From Pseudomonadota bacterium (GTDB taxonomy: Bacteria; Bdellovibrionota_B; Oligoflexia; Silvanigrellales; Silvanigrellaceae): a DNA stretch of 64,000 bases. A model generated the notes under the pieces. The model was not told the DNA's origin. It saw only the letters and a program-made list of their open reading frames with translations, and ran no database searches. Made by a program: the position numbers and the translations under genes. The stretch lies in the NCBI GenBank assembly GCA_039799905.1, contig JBDLRP010000048.1, forward strand, positions 1 through 64,000. Reading direction: 5' to 3'. Positions 20,491 through 29,455 of this stretch are shown here, piece after piece. The first letter of the stretch is position 1; each line of letters opens with the position of its first letter.

Positions 20491-20518
20491 GGATCGGAAG
20501 AATTCAGAAAATCCTTTA
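20491..20518 (-). promoter_or_regulatory. Possible sigma28-like promoter of the cytochrome operon
   Basis: Minus strand TAAAG-N15-TCCGATCC, about 23 nt upstream of the ATG; -10 deviates from GCCGATAA. Confidence 0.4.
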
Positions 20519-20569
20519 AAAACAGGATAATAATTTTTTTTAAATTAGTATTTTCTGGAACTTACAGAA

Positions 20570-21031
20570 TCATCCCGTTTTACGCCCAGTATTTGTCTGC
20601 GCCTGTTGATAGAGGGCATTAAGCTCAGGCTGGAGCGTAGGGCTCGGAACTCCATCAGGCCGCGGGTTGTTCACTACATCCTGCCATGCCGTGTAGAGGG
20701 TCGTCAGCAGTCGTTCCACAACTTCGAGTTCTTCGACTTTGTTGTACATGTTCGCTTCAATCAGCTTATCCATGATGAACATGTAGAGATTCTCGAGATC
20801 GGAGGCAAGCTGTCCGCCTTTTTCGTGGTCGAGTGTGTTCATCAGCTCTGACACTATTGCGAGTGTTTTACTGATGTTTTTACCCTTCTCAGCGACGTTT
20901 TTTTCTTTCATTTTGAGAATGGCAAGCTTGTTGAACTTGATGGCTCCCTCGTAGAGCATCAACAAGATTTTTTCAGGCTTTGCAGTCGTCACCTGAGTCT
21001 TTTGATACGCCCGGTAAGGGTTATTCTGCAT
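20570..21031 (-). CDS. fliS: Flagellar export chaperone FliS
   Basis: AYQKTQVTTAKPEKILLMLYEGAI, LMNTLD, LENLYMF. Confidence 0.95.
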   Translation of the reverse strand: MQNNPYRAYQKTQVTTAKPEKILLMLYEGAIKFNKLAILKMKEKNVAEKGKNISKTLAIVSELMNTLDHEKGGQLASDLENLYMFIMDKLIEANMYNKVEELEVVERLLTTLYTAWQDVVNNPRPDGVPSPTLQPELNALYQQAQTNTGRKTG

Positions 21032-21077
21032 ACTCGCTCACTCTCCCCGCATCCGCCGATTCACCACGAAGGTTGCT

Positions 21078-22442
21078 TCAACTCAGCCCCGGCATAGGCC
21101 CTGACTGCACTCCGAGACGTGCCGCGATGGCTTGTCCCTGCGAGTTCATTCCGTTTATCAGACCTTCTAGTGCGGCAAACTTCCGTTTGATTCCCTCGGC
21201 TCTCTGCGCTGCCGCGCGTTCCTTCCGAGCGATATCGTCATCGAATGTCTCTAAGGTCCGCTTGTACTCGCGTTCCTTGGAACTGATCACGCCCGTCTGC
21301 TGGTTTTGAGCATTACGAACCGTGTCACTCATTCGCATCCCGAAGCCTGCGCCCCTTTCCGTCTGAACAAAGAGCTCAGCAACACCTTGGTAATCATCGG
21401 CCAGAGCCTTCTTCACTTTAGTGGCGTCAATTTTTAGTGCACCCGTTTTCGGATCGCTGGTGATTCCAATTTCGGCGAGGTTGCGAAATTTCCCGTTACC
21501 TTGGTACTGTAGCGCGGATTGCAGATTGCGCTGCAATTGTTTCAGCGTGTTGTCTTTTGACAAGCTCCCGGCCTTATTGGAGGACGGATCGATCTGGAAC
21601 TGTTTGTCGATGAAGTCTGTCACCTTGTTGTAGGCGCCGACAAAGTTGTTGATAGATTCAACCGTTGCGTCGACATCGAAGTCAATTTTCAGTGTGATCT
21701 TTGTTCCTGGCTCTGCCCTCTTGGCATTAATAACGAGTCCCGGCAACAATCCCTCGACGGTGTTGTCATCATCAAAAACGGCGACGTCCTCAAAGAGCAA
21801 TTCGAGATTGCGCCCAGACATTTGTTCCTTGAACTCAAGATAGGTGGTATCGGGATCGATGAAGACTTTTCCTGCCTTGCCAGACTTCTCTGAAATCACC
21901 AACAGCCGAAACGCATCTTGTTCCGGATTTTCAAGATTTTCTTTGGTGTTGAGAATGAGCGCCTTGCAGCCTGCATTTGCTTCGTTGATCTGCTTGGCAA
22001 CGTCTTGCAGTGTAGACGCGTCAGGATCGACATCGATGTCGAAGCGGCGGCCATCATCCAGCTCAATGGTCATGTAACCGAAACCCACGGGAGTTTCGTC
22101 TTTATCAGGGAACGCTTCGGTCAGCAGTTTTTGGGTTTTTGCAAGATGGCGGACTTCCAGTTCGTAGCTGCCGGGAACCGCTAGGTTGTCGACGGTGCCC
22201 TCCACGATATCAGGATTACTGCTGTCAGCCTTCAATTTACGAAAGTCGGAAGGGTTGCGCAGGCTGTTGAGAGTCTGGCCGAGTTCACTTACCAACTGAG
22301 TGAACTCACGGAACAGCTTGCGTTCCTCTTCGAGGTCTTTTTTTCGGGTTTCAATTTTTTTGATCGGCTGGCGCTCAAGCTCGACAAGCTTGTTCACCAA
22401 CTGAGGATCAATTCCCGAACCGGTGTTAACCCTGACTCCCAT
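21078..22442 (-). CDS. fliD: Flagellar filament cap protein FliD
   Basis: GSGID..LVELER N-terminus, LAEIGITSD, KFAALEGLINGMNSQ C-terminus; RBS GGGGAG before 22442. Confidence 0.95.
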   Translation of the reverse strand: MGVRVNTGSGIDPQLVNKLVELERQPIKKIETRKKDLEEERKLFREFTQLVSELGQTLNSLRNPSDFRKLKADSSNPDIVEGTVDNLAVPGSYELEVRHLAKTQKLLTEAFPDKDETPVGFGYMTIELDDGRRFDIDVDPDASTLQDVAKQINEANAGCKALILNTKENLENPEQDAFRLLVISEKSGKAGKVFIDPDTTYLEFKEQMSGRNLELLFEDVAVFDDDNTVEGLLPGLVINAKRAEPGTKITLKIDFDVDATVESINNFVGAYNKVTDFIDKQFQIDPSSNKAGSLSKDNTLKQLQRNLQSALQYQGNGKFRNLAEIGITSDPKTGALKIDATKVKKALADDYQGVAELFVQTERGAGFGMRMSDTVRNAQNQQTGVISSKEREYKRTLETFDDDIARKERAAAQRAEGIKRKFAALEGLINGMNSQGQAIAARLGVQSGPMPGLS

Positions 22443-22547
22443 GCACTCCCCTTCTTCAGGAGATATTGACAGAAGTAGAGGAAAACACGCGCGCAGGAGA
22501 TGCACGGAGAGTCAAAACACAAGTAGAAAAAATCGGAAAAAAAAGCC

Positions 22548-23720
22548 TTACGCGGCAAGATTTGTTTTAATCTTTATCAGCAAATCGCCCGCACCCGGGT
22601 ATTTTGGGTCGATCTCAAGGCAGCGCCTGAGCTGCGCGACAGCTTCATTCTTGGCACCCATGGCACGCAGTTCGTCTGCAACTTTGAATAGATATCCGCA
22701 TTTCTGATTTGTCTCGGGAAGTATTTCAACAGTGGCATTGATGGCATCCGCAACAAACTGAAACTGCCGCAGTAAAACGAGCGGCTTGACCAAAGCACAA
22801 GCGTATTGGGTCAGAGCATCACCGTGCATGTGGGGCATGCCCATCGACAAAGCCTCCCGCACCTCGGCGCCGTTGAGCGGCACTTTTTGCAGTTCGTCGC
22901 GCAATACCTGCAGTTGGGGAAAGAGACGCATCCCCTCCATCAAAAACTTCTTGGCCTCGGGGTACTGACCCTGCTCGATACACAAACGAGCCAAAGTGGC
23001 GAGTCGGTCAGGATTTCCACCGGCCAGCTCATTCGCTTTGCCTATCAATTTCAGGGCCAGTTCATATTGCCCGAGCTTAGCTTCAACCTCTCCGAGAATT
23101 GTCATCGCACGGACAGCATAGGGCTCAGCCTGCAAAATTCTGCGCGCAAGCTCAACTGCCATGGGATATTCGCCTCTCAGCACATAAACCCTCGCCTGAG
23201 CCGAACGAATGATCATGTCGTTGGGAAAGGCGCGATACACTTTTTCGATTTGCACCATTTCATCTTCGCTGAGGACCACTTTTCCCGAGGTTGCCAACGC
23301 AAGACCGGCTTCCTGCAGCGAGTCACGGTTTTGCATTGCCTGAACCACCAACTGTACAGCATTCCCGAGCGTCAGCGCGGCACGCTCCTGCGGCAACGCC
23401 TTCTGCATTCCGACGTCAAGCGAAAACGCGACTGCACGCATGTTGTTGGCGCGGTAAATCATGAATCTCTGTATCTGGCTGCCCAGCTCGCTGCGGCACA
23501 TGTTGTGATGGAATTTCGTCGTTTCATTGCGTTCGAAGCCTTCGAGAGAATGAACAAGAATTTTCGTCTTGTTCTTTTTCAATAATGCTTCGACATCGGC
23601 AAGGCTGTCGGTGACATCTACTTCAAATTCTACACTCTTCAGTGATCGGTGATAGAGCGCACTATTCGCGTTTTTCTTGCAGACTAGCAATGCCCGACGT
23701 TCAAATTTCGCCTCAGCCAT
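22548..23720 (-). CDS. TPR-repeat protein with degenerate N-terminal receiver-like domain
   Basis: Several TPR-like helices (AMTILGEVEAKLGQYELA, LRRCLEIDPKY); start MAEAK preceded by GGGGGA. Confidence 0.75.
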   Translation of the reverse strand: MAEAKFERRALLVCKKNANSALYHRSLKSVEFEVDVTDSLADVEALLKKNKTKILVHSLEGFERNETTKFHHNMCRSELGSQIQRFMIYRANNMRAVAFSLDVGMQKALPQERAALTLGNAVQLVVQAMQNRDSLQEAGLALATSGKVVLSEDEMVQIEKVYRAFPNDMIIRSAQARVYVLRGEYPMAVELARRILQAEPYAVRAMTILGEVEAKLGQYELALKLIGKANELAGGNPDRLATLARLCIEQGQYPEAKKFLMEGMRLFPQLQVLRDELQKVPLNGAEVREALSMGMPHMHGDALTQYACALVKPLVLLRQFQFVADAINATVEILPETNQKCGYLFKVADELRAMGAKNEAVAQLRRCLEIDPKYPGAGDLLIKIKTNLAA

Positions 23721-23790
23721 AATTCCCCCGCAGCTCTCCCGCGCCGCCCTCGGGTCTTTTTCGGCAGCGACCGAAGGAACTTGAGGGTGG

Positions 23791-24810
23791 TCAGACGGAC
23801 AGCAATGCGGCGCCCAAACCACCTGCGGAATCGCCCAGTTGGTGCTTGTAGACCGGAACCAGACTGTCGGGCAAAAAGGTGTGCCGGGAAAGGATTTCAG
23901 ACAAGCCCTGGTAAATTGCCGGTTGCAGGCTGATGCCGCCGCCGAGCACAAAATAATGCGGGTCAAAAACTGAGGTCAGACTGCCGAGGAATCGGCCCAA
24001 ATCCGACCGGTAACGTGCAACTACGGCCATTGCAGCCGGATCCGAGGCATCTGCTTTTTCAAAAATCTCACGCGCGCTCAGAGGCGCAGAGCCGAGCTGG
24101 CTATAGTGGCGCGTGGCCATGAGTGATTCCAACCCCGGGCCCGACAGATACTGCTCTGCACAGCCGGATTGACCGCAATAACACTGGTGACCGTCGCGGT
24201 AGAGTATTGTGTGTCCGAGCTCACCGCCGCCGCCGCGGGCGCCCTGTAGTGTACGGCCGTTGATCACGATTCCGCCACCGCAACCGGTTCCGAGGATAAT
24301 TCCCACAGCAGTCTGCGAATGCACGCTGATCCCTGTTTTCTTTTCGTGGAAGAGACCTGCGCCACACAGTGCCTCCGCAAGAGCAAAACAATTGGCGTCA
24401 TTTTCGGCGCGCAAAACCACTGACTCGGGAAGAGCGGCTTTTTTGCGGACATCGCCGATCAGATCCTGATTCACCAAAACCATTGTGTTGCCATTGAGCA
24501 TTCGTGATGTGCGCGGATCGATTGAGCCCGGCAGACCAAAGCCGATTCCCGACAACTGTTGCGCAGCCACTCCGGCTGCAGCACAAGTCGCGTCAATCAG
24601 GCGGGCCATCTTTTCGACGATCGACTGATAACCTTTGTGCCGCTCCGTCGGTTCACGCAGGCGCGCAAGAACCTGACCATGCAACAAACCCTGCTGGGGA
24701 TGTGCACAGGCAAAAACCTCACGTCCCTCGGCCGATTGAGCATCTTTGGAAAGGCGAAAAAGAGTCGCTTCTATCTTTGTTCCGCCAACGTCAAATCCCA
24801 TCAAAAACAT
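23791..24810 (-). CDS. ROK family sugar kinase (Mak/fructokinase-like)
   Basis: GFDVGGTK, ENDANCFALAE, GTGCGGG, GELGH, CYCGQSGC. Confidence 0.93.
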   Translation of the reverse strand: MFLMGFDVGGTKIEATLFRLSKDAQSAEGREVFACAHPQQGLLHGQVLARLREPTERHKGYQSIVEKMARLIDATCAAAGVAAQQLSGIGFGLPGSIDPRTSRMLNGNTMVLVNQDLIGDVRKKAALPESVVLRAENDANCFALAEALCGAGLFHEKKTGISVHSQTAVGIILGTGCGGGIVINGRTLQGARGGGGELGHTILYRDGHQCYCGQSGCAEQYLSGPGLESLMATRHYSQLGSAPLSAREIFEKADASDPAAMAVVARYRSDLGRFLGSLTSVFDPHYFVLGGGISLQPAIYQGLSEILSRHTFLPDSLVPVYKHQLGDSAGGLGAALLSV

Positions 24811-24822
24811 ATCGTCTATTCC

Positions 24823-25494
24823 TTAATCCAATGAATCATTCAATGCGCTCAGATTTTCGAGCCACGCCATCACTGTGCGCACATCAGCCTGCGCGATGAG
24901 CCCCATCGACTGCGCAACGGTGAGAATTTTGTGAGTCTCGAAAAGAGGCTTGAAGGGAATCATCAGATGATCAAATTTTCTGTGAGACGAGGGAATGCCA
25001 TGTGTGGTGACACTCGATGCCAGCACGATGTTTGTTTGAAGCTGGCGGAGCACCTCAACTGATTTCAAAAGGCTTTGTCCGGTTGTCAGCATATCGTCGA
25101 CAACAAGGTGGGGTTTTGAGGGAGTGAATTCTCCTTCCACCATCTGCTGCAATCCATGCCCCTTGGGCTTTTGCCGGACGTAGACAAAATCCGAATCCCA
25201 CAAATTCGCCAGACACATGGCGGGTGCGAGACCTGCGGTGGCAGTGCCGACACAGACAACATCACGCGGCCGCAGGCCCAACGCATTCAATTCGCGCTCA
25301 AGCACAGCCGCCCAAGCGGCAACGAGAGCCTTGCGCAACGCCGGCGCCGTGAACGCACGACGGTGATCGAGATAAATCGGAGCCTTTGCCCCACTCGACA
25401 AAACAAACGGTGAGGTCGAATCCACCTTGATGACACCATGCGCAAAAAATAAATCGACTATCGTGGATTCTCTGGCATCTGCACTGCCTGTCAT
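24823..25494 (-). CDS. pyrE: Orotate phosphoribosyltransferase
   Basis: FVLSSGAKAPIYLDHR, YVRQKPKGHG, VVDDMLTTGQS PRPP motif. Confidence 0.93.
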   Translation of the reverse strand: MTGSADARESTIVDLFFAHGVIKVDSTSPFVLSSGAKAPIYLDHRRAFTAPALRKALVAAWAAVLERELNALGLRPRDVVCVGTATAGLAPAMCLANLWDSDFVYVRQKPKGHGLQQMVEGEFTPSKPHLVVDDMLTTGQSLLKSVEVLRQLQTNIVLASSVTTHGIPSSHRKFDHLMIPFKPLFETHKILTVAQSMGLIAQADVRTVMAWLENLSALNDSLD

Positions 25495-26660
25495 AGTGAA
25501 TTCCTGTTCTCAAATTTAACGTTCAGCACACGGGCGCATTCTGCCGCGAACTGCAAATTCCACATCGCACCGGTGGCAGCATGTACCACATCGACACCCG
25601 CATCGAGAAATCTTTGTACATCCTGAGCTGATGAAATCCCGCCGACGCCAATCAATGCAAAGTTGTCGGGCAGAAGTCCCAAGGACTGCCTGGCACTTTG
25701 CAATTGCGTGAGCAAGCGGAGTGACTGCTCGCGAATGGCGCTTCCGCAGACTCCCCCATGTTCGGCTCCCGAACCCAAAGCACGGCTGCCGTCAGGTGTG
25801 ACGATCGTCGCGCTGACGGTGTTGATGGCGCTCACTCCATGGGCATAGCGTGCAACGAGTTCTACTGTTTTAAGAATGTTGCCTTCGGGAACCACGCCCA
25901 ACTTGATAATCAGACGAATGTCAGGAAAACCGCTGAGCCCTTCTGCGGCCGCGCGCAAGGTTTCTGCAAGGGCGTTAATATCTGTGTAAATCGGAGCACC
26001 TGATTCATTGGGACAGCTGACGTTCATTTCAAGGATCCGTCCGCCCTTCAGGTTGACACATTGTGCCGCCATTTGTGCGGTGCGGGATGTGTCATCGAGA
26101 AAGTCATGCCAGTGGGAGCCGGACTCGCGGGTGCCCTGAAAACTCAGCACAGTGCAACGACCGCGCGCATATGCAAGCTCGTTCAGATGAGAATAATCAT
26201 CGCCCCACTCCTTTGCCGACAAACTCGGTACGCCGAAAGCGTTGGTGATGCTCAGGCGATCGCGCAGGTACGGATCGCGGAGGTCCTGCTGAGAGAGCGG
26301 CAACACCCGAACCTTTGGCCGCGGCTGCTGGCTGCCCTCTGTGCTGCTCAGTTGGCAATTCTCCTGTTCGCCGGCGGTCTCGAGGCGAAGGACGTTGGGC
26401 CACGGATGACTCTGCCATTTCCTGCTGCGCACTGTTTTGTAGACCGGCATGCAAAAACCGGCATTGAGTGCAACGTTCACGTAGGCAGAAGACAGCAGCG
26501 GGCCCGCGGGAATCCCGAGCGGGAGATAGAGCGGCAGACCGAGAAGCGAAAACCGCGGCTCACCGCTGAATTGACCACACGGAAAGACTCCGTCGCGATT
26601 CCACTCAACCGCGGGCCCGTTGCGGAGATTTTCGTCGTAGCTGAGCTGCGGATTGTACAT
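25491..26660 (-). CDS. pyrD: Atypical family-1-like dihydroorotate dehydrogenase
   Basis: YKT, EMNVSCPN (catalytic Cys), INT, GGVCG, IGVGGI; adjacent to pyrE. Confidence 0.78.
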   Translation of the reverse strand: MYNPQLSYDENLRNGPAVEWNRDGVFPCGQFSGEPRFSLLGLPLYLPLGIPAGPLLSSAYVNVALNAGFCMPVYKTVRSRKWQSHPWPNVLRLETAGEQENCQLSSTEGSQQPRPKVRVLPLSQQDLRDPYLRDRLSITNAFGVPSLSAKEWGDDYSHLNELAYARGRCTVLSFQGTRESGSHWHDFLDDTSRTAQMAAQCVNLKGGRILEMNVSCPNESGAPIYTDINALAETLRAAAEGLSGFPDIRLIIKLGVVPEGNILKTVELVARYAHGVSAINTVSATIVTPDGSRALGSGAEHGGVCGSAIREQSLRLLTQLQSARQSLGLLPDNFALIGVGGISSAQDVQRFLDAGVDVVHAATGAMWNLQFAAECARVLNVKFENRNSL

Positions 26661-27658
26661 CAGGCCAGTCCCAATACTCTGCGTCCGTTGTCGGTGGCAA
26701 TCCGGATGAGTTCCTGTGAGTCGTAAAAGTGTGTCGCCTCAAGGAGCATTCTCAACTCGACCATCAGATCGCCGTCGGCGAATGGTTTGTAAATGTCGGC
26801 AATGTTGTCCGAGCCAATGGCAACACACAACCCTGCGGGAATCATTTCGTCAATCGGCGTGATTGCGTTGTGGGTCGGTGTGAGAACCTCGTTGCGGCGT
26901 GCATCGAGCCATGCGCCCGGGCAGGCAACGAAACTCAGACCCGCATCGCGACAAAGTTTGTAGAGTTCCTGACGGTACGCCTTCGGCTGACAGCCGATAC
27001 TGATTCCATGAACGGCCGTCACCTGACCTTCGACGCCGTGTCGAATGACAGCCCGTGCGAGCTGTTCTGTCTCGCGTTCCGAAGGGTCGTTGTTTTGATC
27101 GACGTGAACATGAACGCGCTTGCCGGTGCTTTTGGCTGCGCTTAAAAGTACATCCAAATGCTCGGCCTCGCGCCCTCGATCGGCACCCGGCAAGCCGCCA
27201 ATCACGTCGACCTTTTCCAGGGCAGTCTCAAAATAGGAACGCGCCTCAGGGGCCAAGACACCTTTGAGTGTCTGGCACGCAAGCAGCAATTTCATTTGAA
27301 GCTTTTGTGCGGCGTAATCCTTCGCGCGTTCGGCGGCCTGCAAAGCGCGCGTTCCTGCAACGGGGTCGCAATCGACAAAAGTCAGGGCCAGGCGAACACC
27401 GAACTCATGCTGCGCACGCAGTGCCGATGTGATGTGCGCAAAGTATTCATCCTCACTCGTGACACGCTTCCAAGCATCAACCAACTGCCACTTTTCGTGC
27501 AACGTGCGCTCGACAGTGGCCGACTGTTGGCCGGAATCCGGTAGGTCCGCTGGCGTCACCGAATAAGCACGATCAAAGTGCGCGTGCGCATTGACGAATC
27601 CGCCTGCAGAAATAATTTTCTGACGCAACTGCGCCACGGGCATCCAGTACATCGTCAT
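26660..27658 (-). CDS. Metal-dependent amidohydrolase, cytosine/creatinine deaminase-like
   Basis: NAHAHFD, HVHVDQ, AVHG, GSDNIAD metal-ligand motifs; lacks the usual N-terminal beta-sandwich segment. Confidence 0.88.
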   Translation of the reverse strand: MTMYWMPVAQLRQKIISAGGFVNAHAHFDRAYSVTPADLPDSGQQSATVERTLHEKWQLVDAWKRVTSEDEYFAHITSALRAQHEFGVRLALTFVDCDPVAGTRALQAAERAKDYAAQKLQMKLLLACQTLKGVLAPEARSYFETALEKVDVIGGLPGADRGREAEHLDVLLSAAKSTGKRVHVHVDQNNDPSERETEQLARAVIRHGVEGQVTAVHGISIGCQPKAYRQELYKLCRDAGLSFVACPGAWLDARRNEVLTPTHNAITPIDEMIPAGLCVAIGSDNIADIYKPFADGDLMVELRMLLEATHFYDSQELIRIATDNGRRVLGLA

Positions 27659-29316
27659 ACTCCGTTCATCAGTGCAGGTTTTTGCTGCTCCGTGCGCGCT
27701 GCTGATGGCTTGCGAACCTGAGTTTTGAGCCGCTCGCAGATATTGCTGAGCACATCATATTCACTGACCAGCTGCACACCGTTGATGACGCTCCACTTAC
27801 GAATCTCGGTTCCGTCGCGGACTTCGACATTGTTGTTTTCGGGACTCATCACATTCACGATGAGGTCGAAACGATTCTGTTTGAGCAAATCAATTAAGTT
27901 GGGTTTCTTGCTTGCATCCGAAACCTTGTAAACACAAACCGCAGAGACACCCGCCTGCTGCAAAACCGCATGGGTTCCTTCGGTTGCAAACAGCACAAAA
28001 CCACTCTCGGCTAGCTTGGCCACCAACGGCAGGAAGCGCTGCTTCTGTTCGACACTTCCAATCGAAATGAGCGCGTACCGCTCGGTCTCGCGTGCCATGC
28101 GCATCTGCATTGTATAGATTTCTGTGAACGCGGCCGACGCATTTTGGTTGAACGCATTGCTCTTCATGAAGGTTGCAAGCTTCTCGTCAAACAAGCTGTT
28201 GGGAGTTTCAACCGCCACAGCCTCGGCGCGGCCCTTGAACAGGCGAACGGTGACTGTACCGGTCACTTTTTCATTCACGGCGTCGATGTACATGTTGAGG
28301 TTGTGCATCAGCGGCTCATACCACTGCGCTCCGTAGCAGAGGTATCCCCACTTTTGATCCACCAGCGTTTTGAATTCATTTTCCTGACGCGTGCAGACGT
28401 ATTTTTCGAGTGTCTCGTGCGCTCGGACAATAACGCTGGCAGCGGGAGCTTCGTAGATTCCGCGCACTTTCAGGCCGACAACACGGTCTTCGATATGATG
28501 GGTGACACCAACGCCGTGACGCGCGCCGAGTTCGTTGAGCTGCGCAATCAGCGGCACGAGTCCCATGTCCTGACCATTGAGCTGGACGGGCAGACCTTTC
28601 AGGAAGCCAATCGTGACTGTGGAAGCTTCATTCGGCGTGTCCTCGATTGGCTTGCAAATCTGCAAAATATTTTGCAGCGGAGGAACCAATGCGGGATTTT
28701 CGATTTCTCCGCCCTCGGCGGAAATTCCCCACATGTTGTCGTCGTAGCTGTATGGCGAATCCGCAGTCTGCTTGACAGGAATATTGTGCTTGCGTGCGTA
28801 TTCGAGTTCTTCGTCGCGGCCCATGCCCCACTCACGCACAGGTGCGATGATTTTCATTTCTGGCGCAAGCGTCAGGATACTTCCCTCAAGGCGCACCTGA
28901 TCGTTGCCTTTGCCGGTGCAGCCGTGAGCAATACAGTCACAGCCTTCAGCACGCGCGACATCGACGGCAAGCTTTGCGAGAAGTGGACGTCCGAGCGGCG
29001 TGGCAAGATGATAATCACCCTGATAACGCGCGTTGGCCTTGATCCCTTTTGCGAGATATTCGTATGCAAATGTATTTTTCGCGTCGACAACAACTGCCTT
29101 CACAGCACCAAGGCGAAGAGCCTTTTGGCGAATTTCCTCGAGATTATCCGCCTGCTGGCCGATGTCGATTGTTAGTGCGATGACCTCGGCCTGATACTCA
29201 TCCTGAATCCATTTGAGCATCACGCTCGTATCCAATCCACCCGAATACAACAGGACCACTTTACGGATTTCGCCCTTGCGGCCTTCGTAAGAGGAAACTT
29301 TCATGTAATTGTTCAT
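27655..29316 (-). CDS. argG: Argininosuccinate synthase fused to a C-terminal MGS-like (CarB allosteric-type) domain
   Basis: LYSGGLDTS, HGCTGKGNDQVR, IEDRVVGLKVRGIYEAP; C-terminal ALISI..FATEGTH..DLIVN..DG.EIR; GGAGG RBS before 29316. Confidence 0.92.
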   Translation of the reverse strand: MNNYMKVSSYEGRKGEIRKVVLLYSGGLDTSVMLKWIQDEYQAEVIALTIDIGQQADNLEEIRQKALRLGAVKAVVVDAKNTFAYEYLAKGIKANARYQGDYHLATPLGRPLLAKLAVDVARAEGCDCIAHGCTGKGNDQVRLEGSILTLAPEMKIIAPVREWGMGRDEELEYARKHNIPVKQTADSPYSYDDNMWGISAEGGEIENPALVPPLQNILQICKPIEDTPNEASTVTIGFLKGLPVQLNGQDMGLVPLIAQLNELGARHGVGVTHHIEDRVVGLKVRGIYEAPAASVIVRAHETLEKYVCTRQENEFKTLVDQKWGYLCYGAQWYEPLMHNLNMYIDAVNEKVTGTVTVRLFKGRAEAVAVETPNSLFDEKLATFMKSNAFNQNASAAFTEIYTMQMRMARETERYALISIGSVEQKQRFLPLVAKLAESGFVLFATEGTHAVLQQAGVSAVCVYKVSDASKKPNLIDLLKQNRFDLIVNVMSPENNNVEVRDGTEIRKWSVINGVQLVSEYDVLSNICERLKTQVRKPSAARTEQQKPALMNGV

Positions 29317-29348
29317 CGCTGCCAACCTCCGGATTGAAGAAACAAGCC

Positions 29349-29376
29349 AAAAAAAAACCCGCTCAACGCGGGTTTT
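29349..29376 (-). terminator. Intrinsic terminator in the argG leader (attenuator candidate)
   Basis: Minus strand AAAACCCGC-GTTGA-GCGGG-T9, ending about 33 nt before the argG start. Confidence 0.8.
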
Positions 29377-29455
29377 AAAGTTCAATTAAATGAGGGGAAA
29401 CGCTGCCCTTGCTTATGTGCGACGCTCTTCAACCAACACACTGGCATACGAAACA

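Noticed and set aside
23721..23966. Extended N-terminus of the TPR ORF
   Set aside because: Overlaps the ROK gene; a better start with RBS is at 23720.
29349..29381. PyrR binding loop
   Set aside because: CUUUAAAAC matches the 5' strand, but the ARUCCNGNGAGGYU core is absent from the hairpin; kept only as a generic attenuator candidate.
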